This document shows positions 1 to 11,884 of a DNA stretch of 64,000 nucleotides, piece after piece. The notes under the pieces were generated by a model, which was not told the DNA's origin, made no database searches, and was given only the letters and a program-made list of their open reading frames with translations. This DNA is from Ruditapes philippinarum (Eukaryota), in the NCBI RefSeq assembly GCF_026571515.1, contig NW_026860481.1, positions 248,001 to 312,000 on the forward strand, given 5' to 3'. The position numbers and the translations under genes are program-made. Numbering within the stretch: position 1 is the stretch's first letter; each line of letters starts with the position of its first letter.

Positions 1-117
1 GATTGCTCCCTCGACTAGTCTTGGTTTTTGCAGGATTTACTGGACATTCTTGGTATTTGGCTTTTCCTTGTTGTGGACCTGAATAACAGGTGTAAGGAGA
101 ATTTGTGGCCGTTTCAT
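1..117 (-). CDS. Probable internal coding exon of an unidentified host gene (runs off the window start)
   Basis: Minus strand reads catatttttcag|AT GAA ACG GCC..., a good acceptor. The phase-1 frame is open to the window edge: (D)ETATNSPYTCYSGPQQGKAKYQECPVNPAKTKTSRGSN. GC content is visibly above the flanks. Protein not recognised. Confidence 0.4.
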
Positions 118-204
118 CTGAAAAATATGAATTATTTTGTCATTAAGGTAGACTAAATGTATGAAATGTAATTGATTATTAAATTAATTCTGATAGGATA
201 ATTA

Positions 205-990
205 TGAGTGAACTATAAACTAAATCACACTCGCACTGACTGTAAACTAAACCATGTGTGAATAAATAAGTGTGAACTGTAAATTAAATCACGCAGACAT
301 GGGCTTTAAACTAAACCATGTACAATAGGATATGTGTGAACTGTAAACTAAAGCACACTCACATGGACTGTAAACTAAACCATGTGTAAATAGGCGTGAA
401 CTGTAAACTAAATCACGCAGACATGGACTTTAAACTAAGCCATGTATAATATGATAAGTGTGAACTGTAAACTAAATCACACTCACATGGACTGTAAACT
501 AACCATGTGTAGAAATTAGGCGTGAACTGTAAACTAAATCACGCAGACATTGTCTATAAACTTAAGCAATGTATAATTGGATATGCGAGAACTCTAAACT
601 CAATCACACTCACCAGGAGTGTAAACTAAACCATGTGTAGAAAATATGCGTGTAAACTAAACCATGTGTATCATCGGTCAACTAAATCACTAAGACATGG
701 TCTATAACCGGAGCCATGTATCATAGGATGTGTGCGAATTGTAAACAAAATCACACTTACATGTACATGTATTATAAAACTATGTGTGAACTGTAACTTT
801 ATCAAGCAGACATGGATTATAAACCAAGTCATTTATCATACGATGCGTATAATTATAAACAAAGTCACACTCACATGGATCGTCAACTATATTGTGTTGA
901 AAATGTTAAATAAGTCCCGCAGACATAAAACTATATATTAAGCCATGTATACTAGAATATGTATAAATGCAACTAACACGGACTGTAAAC
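205..990. repeat. Minisatellite, ~60-64 bp monomers alternating A/B (~124-bp dimer), degenerating to the right
   Basis: Repeated GTGAACTGTAAACTAAATCAC followed alternately by ACTCACATGGACTGTAAACTAAACCATGTG (A) or GCAGACATGGACTTTAAACTAAGCCATGTA (B). Each monomer holds two ACTGTAAACTAA-like sub-repeats. Confidence 0.92.
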
Positions 991-1801
991 TAACCTTGTG
1001 TTGTAATCGTGTTTAAACTGTTGTAAAACCAGTCATAGAATTTAACACTGGTCCTAGGCCAGTGAAAATTAGTTCAGGTCAGTGTAAATTTAAAGAAAAT
1101 TTGATTAAGTGTATAGTAGAATAAATTCAAAATTAGAATTCAGAACAGTAATTTTGAATCTTAAATTCAATGACTGAAAAAAAAAAAACAAAACAGTGAA
1201 ACATGAATGTATGGAAATTATAAACTAAATCACACTTACTGTATTTAGTTGGAGTCAACAAAAAAATTGTAAAATTAAAAAGAAATAAGGCTAAATCGCT
1301 CCAATCTGGACTGTTACTTAACATGTTGCTAAATAATACTGCTATGATGATGTGTGTACAAATGTATAGTAGACTAGCAGAAAATCAACATGTACTATTA
1401 TCTACTCTAATTAAAAGTTTGTGTGAACTGTAAATGAATTGGAAAAAGTGATAACAAACATGACTAATATAGAATTTCAATTATGTGTCCAGGAAAAATT
1501 ATGTCTGATTAATACTGCATTCTTGTACATTATCATTAGGAGAATAATTGATGACCAACAACAAACCCGGCAATGAATAACCTTATATATTATAAATATA
1601 AAGAAATTTACTCACTGATAAATTCATTAAGTAGATCTACTTCGAGTCATAATCAAAGCTTATTATATTAATTTGTTAAGACAAAGCAACAAACCTAGAC
1701 TTCATCTGTTCATAGTTTGTATAACAGGGCAGGCAGACAATGCAGTAAAATACTGACTTTAGTACAATAAAACTTAAAGACATAGTAAACAAAATACTTA
1801 T

Positions 1802-1965
1802 CTTTGAAATTGTCTGACAAATGAAATGCTTCGGGGCGGCGACCAAGCTGCTGTTCTTATCTCATTGAGGAGACGTAGCTGATCAGAGTAAACAGGTGGC
1901 ATCCATCTGGTGTAAACAGGTAAATGTTGTTTAGACATGTCAACCATGAACCATTTATTCGCCAT
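1802..1965 (-). CDS. Probable first coding exon of the same minus-strand host gene (needs a 1-bp indel and a donor correction)
   Basis: ATG at 1965 opens MANKWFMVDMSKQHLPVYTRWMPPVYSDQLRLLNEI. Removing one base at 1857-1858 continues EQQLGRRPEAFHLSDNFK to AAAG|ATAAGTA, one substitution from AAG|GTAAGT. That junction is phase 1, matching the exon at 1-117. Confidence 0.33.
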
Positions 1966-2584
1966 AAGTATGATCGTTTATGTTTGTTTTGGCATCTGTA
2001 CAAAACTTGAACTGTTGAACAATGGTAACTTTCAGGACTCGTAAATAGTATGGTATCTACGAAATCTGTAATATGACGAGCAACGTTTTGTGGATAAATT
2101 CTGATTTGTAAATGTCATTAGTTCCAACAGTGTCCAAAGGCCGGCACAACTGTTTCCCGACTGATGATGTCTCAAACTTTCAAAGCTCCCAAAAAAGTTG
2201 CATTTCTACAAAAATATGTCTGTGAAAATTAAATCCATATCGTAGATTACAATCGTTCTGTCTAAATTCCCGAGTCTCAAATGAGGTGAAATTTAATAAC
2301 GAATGTAGAAATGTTCATTAGATAATAAATTGTATCCTGTTACGATATCCTGCCGTGTTGCCGTGAAATGAATTGCCATTTTCGTCACGAAATTGAATAT
2401 GAAACGGGGGACACCGTCCCTAAAATTCGCTCCCAGTAGATTAATAAGATAACTGTTCATAGTAATACGTAATTAGTTCACTTTAAATAAAGCTTATGAC
2501 TTCAAAAATAGATAAATTTTAGTAAACAGAAAGGCGAGAATCATTCCTCGCCAAAATTATTTCTTTGTGATAGATCTAATGTAA

Positions 2585-2690
2585 TCATTGGTTAATTAAC
2601 ATCACATGATTTAAGTCTTGATATCGATTGGCTAAGACGTACTTGGCTAAAACCTGACCCGTAACGGCTAAAAAACCTGACCCGTAATAT
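2585..2690 (-). promoter_or_regulatory. Candidate promoter of the minus-strand gene
   Basis: Two CCAAT boxes on the minus strand (ATTGG at 2587 and 2627) and a direct repeat GGCTAAAA(AA)CCTGACCCGTAA (2645-2664, 2666-2687), upstream of a relatively GC/CpG-richer 1.8-2.45 kb segment. Confidence 0.3.
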
Positions 2691-2935
2691 TATGTACAGT
2701 AATGAGTATAGTGACAGAACAATGACATAAATTATTTTATGTGGGCATAAAATCTATTTTAATTTGCCGTGAATCTCAAATTATTATAGTGCGTTCCTAT
2801 GTTGGAGCCTTCGCTACTATAATTGGGTAGATGATATACTGAAAAATAATTTGACAGTTTAACAATAAAACTCCATTGTAGATTTTCCCAAATAATTGTT
2901 GATTAAGGAAAACAGTATTTATTATATAGAATAAT

Positions 2936-3079
2936 NNNNNNNNNNNNNNNNNNNNNNNNNNNNNNNNNNNNNNNNNNNNNNNNNNNNNNNNNNNNNNNNN
3001 NNNNNNNNNNNNNNNNNNNNNNNNNNNNNNNNNNNNNNNNNNNNNNNNNNNNNNNNNNNNNNNNNNNNNNNNNNNNNNN
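2936..3079. other. Assembly gap (N run)
   Basis: Run of N. Confidence 1.
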
Positions 3080-4562
3080 CACAAACGTTTTCACTTACTG
3101 AAATTATATAAGATACGAATACATACTAAGCCAAGGTTAAATCATAGATGTCGCCTAAATGTTGCTGTATACTGTAGCGAACTACAATAATGTTTCAGAA
3201 AGGTTACAAGCAAAACCACTTGATCGATCTGGAGACACACTGACCTGTCTTACTTTTATTGCATATGTATGTTTTGTTTAAATCATAATGATATCATATC
3301 AAAAAGTTTCAGGAACATGCATGTCTGGAATGTTTAATATTTATATATCAGCAGTTTCTGTTTCAACAGTTTTCTTTTTGTTTTTACAAGTTTTGTTTCC
3401 TTCAAACTAGTGTTACGAGGAGACTCATATAAATGTATTAATGGAACACAACACCGAAAGTGAATTATATTATACTTTATTTAAAAATCAAATGAAATGA
3501 AACGATCCTATTTATGAATGTTTTAATGGAAGTTGATATTTTGTGTTTTATTATGATCATAATTAGAAGGAAACAGCACTCAATGGTTGTTAATAATGAG
3601 TGCATTTAATTTATAAATGCAGGTTATGAGTTGGTGCGAATTTATAAAAACCAATAACACCAACCTTTGAAATGAAATTAATTAAAATTAAGCAATTGAT
3701 AATTATGCCGTACTTTAAACGAATATTGGCATTGAATTTATTCAGGATTCTTTGATCATGTCATGTATTTTAGTGGACAAAATTCCAGCGTCAATGTATT
3801 GTCGTATGATATAAAAGCACTCAATAAGGTCTCTCTTATTACAAGACTTAATAAAATGTATAATTCATTGGTCAGTAAATCATCTTTATTCCTTAATTTA
3901 GTTTTCTTTCAGACCTACTATTTCCTACTTTTTCCTTTGGACAAGACACAATACAATAATAGGATTTAACTATGCAAGAAAAAACACTAAATGTACTCAG
4001 CTTTTGCAAAAATAGATGATGATATTTTCTTCTACGACTTAATTCAAATTTGTATTACAAATGTCGGAATTTGTCTTAGCCTGATCTTTTATATTATTTG
4101 AAAAGTTTTCCGGAAATATGCCCTAGTGAATCTTTGTTTACAATCTGCAGTATAAATCGTTTTATCTGCTTTTATATATGTTTCACTTTATGTCTGATTT
4201 ATTTAACCACTTAAGCAGTTCATACAGTTTATAGCTGCTGGGAAAATAAAAAAAAAATGTTTTAAATTAACTGCATAAAAGGATTATATAAAATTAAATC
4301 AAATAATGATTTAAGATATACCGGTGTCTTATTATATTTGGATTATCTTAATTTTTTCGTTGTATAAAAACATCATAATCAATGAATTTTTCGTGTTTTC
4401 GACCATCGAGCAGATTACATCTTTTTACTTTACACTTTATTTGAAATTTTAATTTGTCCAACGTGTTTTGTATATGTTACAAGGAGCAGCAAATCAGTTG
4501 TATTGTGTGCCACAAGCAATTAAGAATTGAACACAACATATTGATATTTTTTTTTTGTATTT

Positions 4563-4932
4563 TTAAAGGCACATTGTGCTTAAGAAATCAATAATTTTCT
4601 AATTCTTTAGAAAAGTCAAAATTGCGTTTAATACTGTAATGCTTAATGAATTACTGTAAGGAATTTAGAGTAACTATGTTACATCTTTAACAACTGACGA
4701 AAATAGCACTAAACATGCATTGATATGTCATAAAGGTAGCAAAATGTAACTTTAACTTACATACAAAATACTTAATCACTATAATTATACAAATTGCCAA
4801 GAGCAAATAAAGTAAAAGATAAATCATTGAAAGGCTTATGAGTAATATTTTGGAAACTGTAACAAAATACCTAAAATAAATGTTTTTGAGAAATAAAAAT
4901 TATAGCATTTCGGAGGCTTAATGGACCTTTAA
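4563..4932. mobile_element. Degenerate non-autonomous DNA transposon with TTAA TSD (Kolobok-like termini)
   Basis: TTAA-AGGCACATTGTGCTT ... AGGCTTAATGGACCT-TTAA, an imperfect TIR (10/15). The segment is absent at the paralogous position in unit 2. Confidence 0.45.
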
Positions 4933-5564
4933 ACTATAAAATGTTACGTTATGGAAGATAGAGCATTATACAAATAATTGAATATAAAAATTGTAAAAGT
5001 CTATGAATTCCTTTGATTATTTTTTTGTCTCTTTGCCAGTTTCATCAGATAAATATATGTCAGTAATTCGTGTAAAAAAAGGTGCGGTTACCAAATTTGT
5101 AGTAAAACTTGCAATAGGAAGTAGCAATAAATAACGAACGTGGCGAATAATTTTTCTGGCTACTTTCCTTTCCCTCACACCTGCCTTTGGAAGAAAAAAA
5201 AACGAATGAAGATGAATACGTGAAATGTAATATATTTTTTAATTTGACCATCTTTGACGATGCCCGTGTATATATCATAACGGTAAACATTGAGAAATAA
5301 GTAGGATGTGTCCAAAGAAAGGTTTATACACGTAATGTATACACGTTATTTTTATTTCAACTTTTAACGTGACTTTACTCGACCATTTTCAATTCACAAC
5401 AAATACAAATGTCACACTATCAGGTAATGAATTTCAGGCTTGTAACAACATTTCAGTCGCTATTTTACCATGTGATGTTTAAATTAATTATTTCGCATGT
5501 TCTTTTAGAAACAAGTATTGCATGATATGATTTTAATTACCGTGTTATGAGTTTTCTTTATAAC

Positions 5565-6615
5565 TGTAACAATTATTACGAGTTACGGCCCTTTAATACA
5601 GGAACGCCATTTGCAGGTAAATATACGTAAACAATACGTTGCACTTGAAACTATATTTTTTTAAGGTTAGTTTGCTTTTATTCTGTTGTAAGTAATAATG
5701 CGAGTATTCATTTGAATGTAATTTTAATGAAATGTATAAATAGTTTCCACTTCAATGTTTTATTTGAACATTATTCGTAATGCAGACTATATATGATCTA
5801 TATAACATTATTAGCAGGTGCTCGTTTCTGTATAATTGTATTGTAAGTTAATTAGCCAATCATTAATAGCCGTAAGAGGGCGGTGTTGTGGCAAAGCATA
5901 TATAAGCAGAGGTATTCAAGGTGAGTTTTGGGTTTGTGTTGGTGGAAGTCAGATTGTCAACATCTAATCGTGGAGCTTTGAAGTTATACCTGCTATATAT
6001 TGTCTGTAATCCGTGTTCTCTAGGGGGCAACGCTACCAGAGAGGATTGCAGGTTTATTATATAGTAGAAAGTAAACCGGGTTGCATGATATTTGTTGGAT
6101 AATTGTTTTGGAGATAAATAAACAGAAACATGGGTTTTTTTGTTGGTGGAAGTCAGAGTGTCAACATCTAATCTTGGAGCTTTGAAGTTATACCTGCTAA
6201 TATATATTATCTGTGATCCGTGTTCTCTAGGGGGCAACGCTACCGGAGAGGATTACAGGTTTTTATATGGTAGAAAGTAAACCGGGCTGCAGGATAATTT
6301 GTTGGATAACTGTTTGGGAGATAAATAATACAAAAGTATACAAATACGAGTATAGTGTAATAGTCATAGGCATCGAGACGGGTTATATTAATAGGCATAG
6401 AGACTAGGGATCGAAACTAAGATTTGGGATTGTAACCAAATATATCAATATTGTGTATTGTTTATCTAATATGTTTTTAATTCAAGTTGATTAATTTATA
6501 TTCCAATTATTTTGAAATCATTGGTCTTCAATCATTTAGGTAAGGAAACCTAGAGGAAAAGTATTAATATAATATATTGAATACAAATATGTATTTAAGC
6601 TCGGTACACGTTACA
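5565..6615 (+). repeat. 5' LTR, containing an internal ~200-bp tandem duplication (~5925-6335)
   Basis: Direct match to 7412-8452. GTTGGTGGAAGTCAG...GGAGATAAATA occurs twice within the LTR. Confidence 0.95.
5856..5926 (+). promoter_or_regulatory. LTR Pol II promoter (CCAAT, TATA) followed by a donor-like motif; duplicated in the 3' LTR at ~7700-7770
   Basis: CCAAT at 5856-5860, TATATAA at 5899-5905, AAG|GTGAGT at 5918-5926. Confidence 0.5.
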
Positions 6616-6619
6616 GAAT

Positions 6620-6637
6620 TGGTGGCAGCGGTGGGAT
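6620..6637 (+). other. Primer-binding site complementary to the tRNA-Leu 3' end
   Basis: TGGTGGCAGCGGTGGGAT is the complement of ...ATCCCACCGCTGCCA-CCA (metazoan tRNA-Leu 3' end) and sits 4 nt after the LTR. Confidence 0.88.
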
Positions 6638-6756
6638 AGATCTATTATTATTTATAGATTAAACACAATCACCAGTGTTTGCCCACATTTAAAGAGGTAC
6701 ATTTTAAAGGGTACGTATAATTTGTTATTTAAAACAAAACAAAAATTCTATAGGAA

Positions 6757-6963
6757 ATGGCCGAGGGAAATCAACGTTCATTGATAGATGATGAAGACAT
6801 GGAGATTCGAAACAGAATTTTGAAGATGGAAAATGAGAGTCTCAGACTACAACTTGAGATGGAAAGACTCGAAAATCAACTTAGCTTCATGACATTGTCA
6901 TCAGCTTCTTTTGGCACGTTATTAACCACAAGACATAATGATAGTTTCAAATTAGATGAATAG
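6757..6963 (+). pseudogene. Remnant of gag N-terminus (coiled-coil-like, 68 aa)
   Basis: ATG 120 nt after the PBS. The E/L/R/M-rich heptad-like segment EIRNRILKMENESLRLQLEMERLENQL is followed by stops. Confidence 0.55.
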
Positions 6964-7411
6964 ACAGGAACAACAAAGAAGTACTCCTATAAAGAAAGAT
7001 TAGGCAACAGAGACAAATGAATTTGATTATAAGAGGAACGTATCGTATAATTTGTCATCAGGTATTCATACCTCGAATAATGAGGAACATGATATGTTAA
7101 ATGTACATAAAAGAAGCGAGTCATGGGACAGATTTGTAACAAAAAGGCCAAGAATTCGAATTCATAAAAAAAGTCATGGCAGTTTTAAGTCAGTGATAAG
7201 AAGTAATATATTGTAGGAAAGAACTATTAATAAGGGTCCGTTTAAAATGTTTATGGGACAGATAATTACATCACTTTTTGTACATTTCTGTTTTGTTAAT
7301 GTTTTAAAGTCACTATAAGTTTTGTGATTAACATATCTTCAATAAGTGCATAAGAGATAGAGTTGTTGATAATTTAACATGCGAGACGCATGACTTCGGA
7401 GGCGTGGGTAA

Positions 7412-8452
7412 TGTAACAATTATTACAAGTTACGGCCCTTTAATACAGGAACGCCATTTGCAGGTAAACATACGTAAACAATACGTTGCACTTGAAACTA
7501 TATTTTTTTAAGGTTAGTTTGCTTTTATTCTGTTGTAAGTAATAATGCGAGTATTCATTTGATGTAATTTTAATGAAATGTATAAATAGTTTCTACTTCA
7601 ATGTTTTATTTGATATTATTCGTAATGCAGACTATATGATCTATATAACATTATTAGCAGGTGCTCGTTTCTGTATAATTGTATTGTAAGTTAATTAGCC
7701 AATCATAAATAGCCGTAAGAGGGCGTTGTTGTGCAAAGCATATATAAGCAGAGGTATTCAAGGTGAGTTTGGGTTTGTGTTGGTGGAAGTCAGATTGTCA
7801 ACATCTAATCGTGGAGCTTTGAAGTTATACCTGCTATATATTGTCTGTAATCCGTGTTCTCTAGGGGGCAACGCTACCAGAGAGGATTGCAGGTTTATTA
7901 TATAGTAGAAAGTAAACCGGGTTGCATGATATTTGTTGGATAATTGTTTGGAGATAAATAAAACAGAAACATGGGTTTTTGTTGGTGGAAGTCAGAGTGT
8001 CAACATCTAATCTTGGAGCTTTGAAGTTATACCTGCTATATATATTATCTGTGATCCGTGTTCTCTAGGGGGCAACGCTACCGGAGAGGATTACAGGTTT
8101 TTATATGGTAGAAAGTAAACCGGGCTGCAGGATATTTGTTGGATAACTGTTTGGAGATAAATAAAACAAAAGTAAACGAAATACGAGTATAGTGTTATAG
8201 GCATAGGCATCGAGACGGGTTATATTAAGAGGCATAGAGACTAGGGATCGAAACTAAGATTTGGGATTGTAACCAAATATATCAATATTGTGTATTGTTT
8301 ATCTAATATGTTTTTAATTCAAGTTGATTAATTTATATTCCAATTATTTTGAAATCATTGGTCTTCAATCATTTAGGTAAAGAAACCTAGAGGAAAAGTA
8401 TTAATATAATATATTGAATACAAATATGTATTTAAGCTCGGTACACGTTACA
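7412..8452 (+). repeat. 3' LTR
   Basis: Direct match to 5565-6615; many of the differences are 1-bp indels. Confidence 0.95.
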
Positions 8453-9329
8453 TAACTATACTATAGGCGATAAACAAAGAGTTTGTACGGTCCATCATCA
8501 ATCGGTATATTTGCCATTTTTGTTGATTGAGTTAAGGTTTAAACAATATTACAAATTTTTACCAGAAATAATCACATTATGCTTTCGTTACAAATTCAAA
8601 ATACATTTGGATCATAAAAATTCAGTAAAAGTTTTAACACCACTATCAAATATGCATATTTGCATAAACACAAGGACACACAGGAAAAAACAACAGTAAA
8701 TATGAATATGATAAGTTAATATTTAAAAAGAAACAGAGAATCGAATTAGGGGAAAATGATAACTTTATTTGTAGCAATACAGTTAAATAAAATAAATGGG
8801 ATCCATTTTTCTTAAAATCTTTATCTCGTGTATAATGTAATGGCGCTTTAAATGTTAAAAGTCAATAAATTGATCAGACCTACCTGCAATAACAGCGGTA
8901 AGATTGATGAAGCCAAAACAAAAATTACTTTTCACAGACTCAGTCACAGCTTTCATAAAAAAAGATTGATACGGTCAATTGTCATTTTGTCGTCAAATTT
9001 AAAAGTAAAATATAAGATACTGTGGTAGTTATCGTCCCGAGCTTATGAATATTTTATGAAATTCAGTCTGCTGTAGCTTTTTTGATATATCTTCAAAACT
9101 TAATGTGCTGTGTAGACGAGATTTGTTTTTATAATTATGGCAGGATTTGGTTTGTAATTTCTTATGTCTGGTTAAGCATGCATTAACATTTCACATTCAA
9201 TTTGATAAGATATTAAGAAATATGACTAGATTAGAAGGATATTCAAGGTTGTTAAACATCCAGTTTATTCATTAACCGTGATATAAACGCAATATTCTAA
9301 TCTATTTGAAAAGTAACGAAAACTATTAT

Positions 9330-9900
9330 ACCTTAACCTTTGAAGATTGTTTTTTGCTTTTGCCTGTCAATAACTTCTATCTTTGGAAAATAATTGGAAA
9401 AAGCGTTGAAGGAAATCGATTAAAACTGCACTTCACTTATTGATAAAAAAATTATTGAGACGAAGACCGGTGTCCAAAAACCATGATTTTACCTTAAATT
9501 ACCAATTTTTTAAATTATCTGCCCTCATGATGCTTGTCTGAAGTATGACTCATAAACAACTATAATATCTCAACGAAACTTCACACGGTAAAATTAAACA
9601 ATGCGAGTAAGCACAGTGTTAAAGGGTCATCTCTTTTTGAATTATCACCCTTTAAAAAGTTAATACATGTAATTACTTGTCCGGAGAATAACTTGATAAG
9701 TATTGAAGGTATTTGATTTGATTTCAAAATAAGTAGGTTCTGACTGATTAACACAGTGATAGAGAGTACAGTGTCAAAGAACCATTATAATCCCTAGCTT
9801 AATTTTTGAAATATCTTTTTTTGTATTACTGAATATACAATACTCATCCTTGAGTAAAATATTTTAATCACAGAAATTTATTTATTCATGAGGGATCAAT
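9330..9900 (+). repeat. Highly degenerate relic of a ~155-bp HINE/pearl-type satellite array
   Basis: Motifs TTGTCCGGAG-ATAACT, GAAACTTCAC, AGTG..AAAGAACCAT and TTTTTGAATTATC.CCCTT recur and match the monomers at 41085-42485. Confidence 0.5.
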
Positions 9901-11684
9901 GATTAAAGGACAATGACCTTTACTACTTGGTTATGCTGCCCCTGCCCCTGGTCATAGGTTCACTTTGACATTCATTCTAGCAGAACAAATTCAATTCAGA
10001 GATTTATCACCATATCTAATAAACAATACAATCTAAGACGCCTATCCATAAAACGTATAAAAACTGATATCATTTGTATTATGTCCTGTATTGCGTTATT
10101 TTGGCGGTATTTATGTACATTACGTCATTTTATGTAGACATGTCATTACTCGGAAGAGCTTTTATTCCTATTATAGCTTTAGTTTTTATGGGAAAATGGC
10201 AATGCCTTATTGTTTGGTGGAATTTTGCATCAGTAAATTCTGCTCATTAACCTAATGTTACTGAAGTAAAATTATTTAATGGTTTCTAAATGGCTTGAAG
10301 TGTAAATATTATCAGCAATAACATCGACTTTCTAATAAGATTACTTTTGGGAGTGAGTTTTAGCCGCATTCACACTGTTTATGAAGGTACTTTAACAAGC
10401 GGATGCAGATCTCATGCGCCCCTCTATTTTGTGACTTCATTTTTCAAGTGAAAGTAAGTTATATTTAGAAAAATTGGGAACTCTTTCGTGTCAATGTGGA
10501 ACACGTAAACATTTATTTGTTGCTGCTTTGCATTATGTACACTTTTATTCCTTCAAAGACCTGATGTTTCCTATGCGGACTTATGCACTTGGTCCGTAAA
10601 ATTTGTCAAATACGTTCCATATACAAGTCTGTATTATTATGTAAATTATACGGAACCTTATAATCCTGCGTATCGCACTGAAAATTACTAAAATATGTTT
10701 TATCAGGCACAATGCCCAGTAACCGATCAATGAGTGAATGTTGACTGCGAATGGGATGCACAGTATAGACACATTAGTAAGATATTTGGCTCCTATTTGT
10801 TTTTTACAAAAATTCGTACTGAAATAGAGAATGAACCAGTCGCATTACGGATAAATTCCCATGTCACGCGGGCATCTAGTGGGCATTTACCTTGGGCTAT
10901 AGTTTTGTGCTTTATATTGCCATAAAGAGGATCTTAACTTTTGCAGGAGTCAATTCGCAATGTTGTCAGACCAAAATAGTAGTGGATTATACTTTAAAGA
11001 AGAAAGTGCTTTTTTGACATATAAGCAAGCAAGCAAATTAGCCTCAAAGATTAAAACACCTATTACATGTGGATTGCCAAATTGGGACCCTCTCAGCTAT
11101 TTCATCTTCACTAAAAGTGAGGCACATTGAACTCTAAAACTGTAATTCTTTACGAAAAAAATCATAGATAATATATGTAAAGAAAAACAAATCGCAATTT
11201 ATCATAGCCTTCAACCCCATTACAGCAAATTTTGTCATTATATTAAGAATACGTTGTTTGTATATGTTATACCATTTTTCATTAACTCTGAAAATAAAAA
11301 AGCTTATACTGAATCATGGAGGAATAGAAACAAAAGAAAGTGATTTGTTGTGTCCTTGATCAAAAGTTTTTAAGTCAGTAAAACAGAACATAATTTATGA
11401 TGCTGCATTATCATTAAAATGTATTTATTGACGTATAAAATGTTTATACATCTTTTTCGTAACTCGACAAAATTAATGTTAATGTTTTACACTACAAGTG
11501 TGACGTAACTTTTTTATACAGATATTACAGAGGTAGGTAAGACCCATAGAAAGGACTTGGCTATTACGTTATTATACCTGTGAATACAGTACACCCGAAC
11601 CCTGAATTCAAGACAATAATATCAAAATGGTTATTGTACTCTTCAAAATGTTTTTTTTTTATGACCATGATATATTTTAAATGG

Positions 11685-11884
11685 CAATCTGGTAACCATC
11701 ACTTTTCCAACGTTTGCATTATTGACGCTAGTTATCCGTCATAAAATGTCACAAGCTGATTTTGTATCAGACGGAATCGTAAGATTTAGCTGCTTACAAT
11801 CTGAAACTGCGGCAATGACGGGCTAATTCCACCGTAACTGTTGTTTATTACCGCCATTATGATGCTTACTAGGTATATGTAAGT
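11685..11884 (+). promoter_or_regulatory. Module copy D1: TATA-like + Inr-like core promoter, short first exon, splice donor
   Basis: CATAAAA at 11740-11746, TCAGAC at 11767 (~27 bp downstream), ATG at 11859, TAT|GTAAGT donor at 11879. All four are conserved in the paralogue at 28390-28593. Confidence 0.5.

Larger units (their letters stand above)
5565..8452 (+). mobile_element. Non-autonomous LTR retrotransposon (Gypsy-derived, large TRIM/LARD-like)
   Basis: Two near-identical ~1.05-kb LTRs with TGTAAC...GTTACA termini. 4-bp TSD TAAC at 5561-5564 and 8453-8456. PBS follows the 5' LTR and a purine-rich GGAGGCGTGGGTAA precedes the 3' LTR. The ~800-bp interior has no pol. The paralogous site in unit 2 (~19225) is empty. 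Confidence 0.96.

Noticed and set aside
205-990. CRISPR-like regular repeats; ORF 732-941
   Set aside because: No unique spacers (the whole monomer repeats) and the context is eukaryotic. The ORF is a repeat translation.
1616-1705. Possible extra minus-strand exon (acag|...TCA|gtgagt)
   Set aside because: Stops in the frames checked and a weak acceptor; not needed for the phase-consistent model.
5863-6237. 124-aa minus-strand ORF with an internal repeat
   Set aside because: Antisense translation of the LTR's 200-bp duplication; not reported as an ORF in the twin LTR.
10947-11130. 60-codon open frame after ttttgcag (…MLSDQNSSGLYFKEESAF…)
   Set aside because: No paralogue seen in the other units, no recognisable domain and no linked exon.
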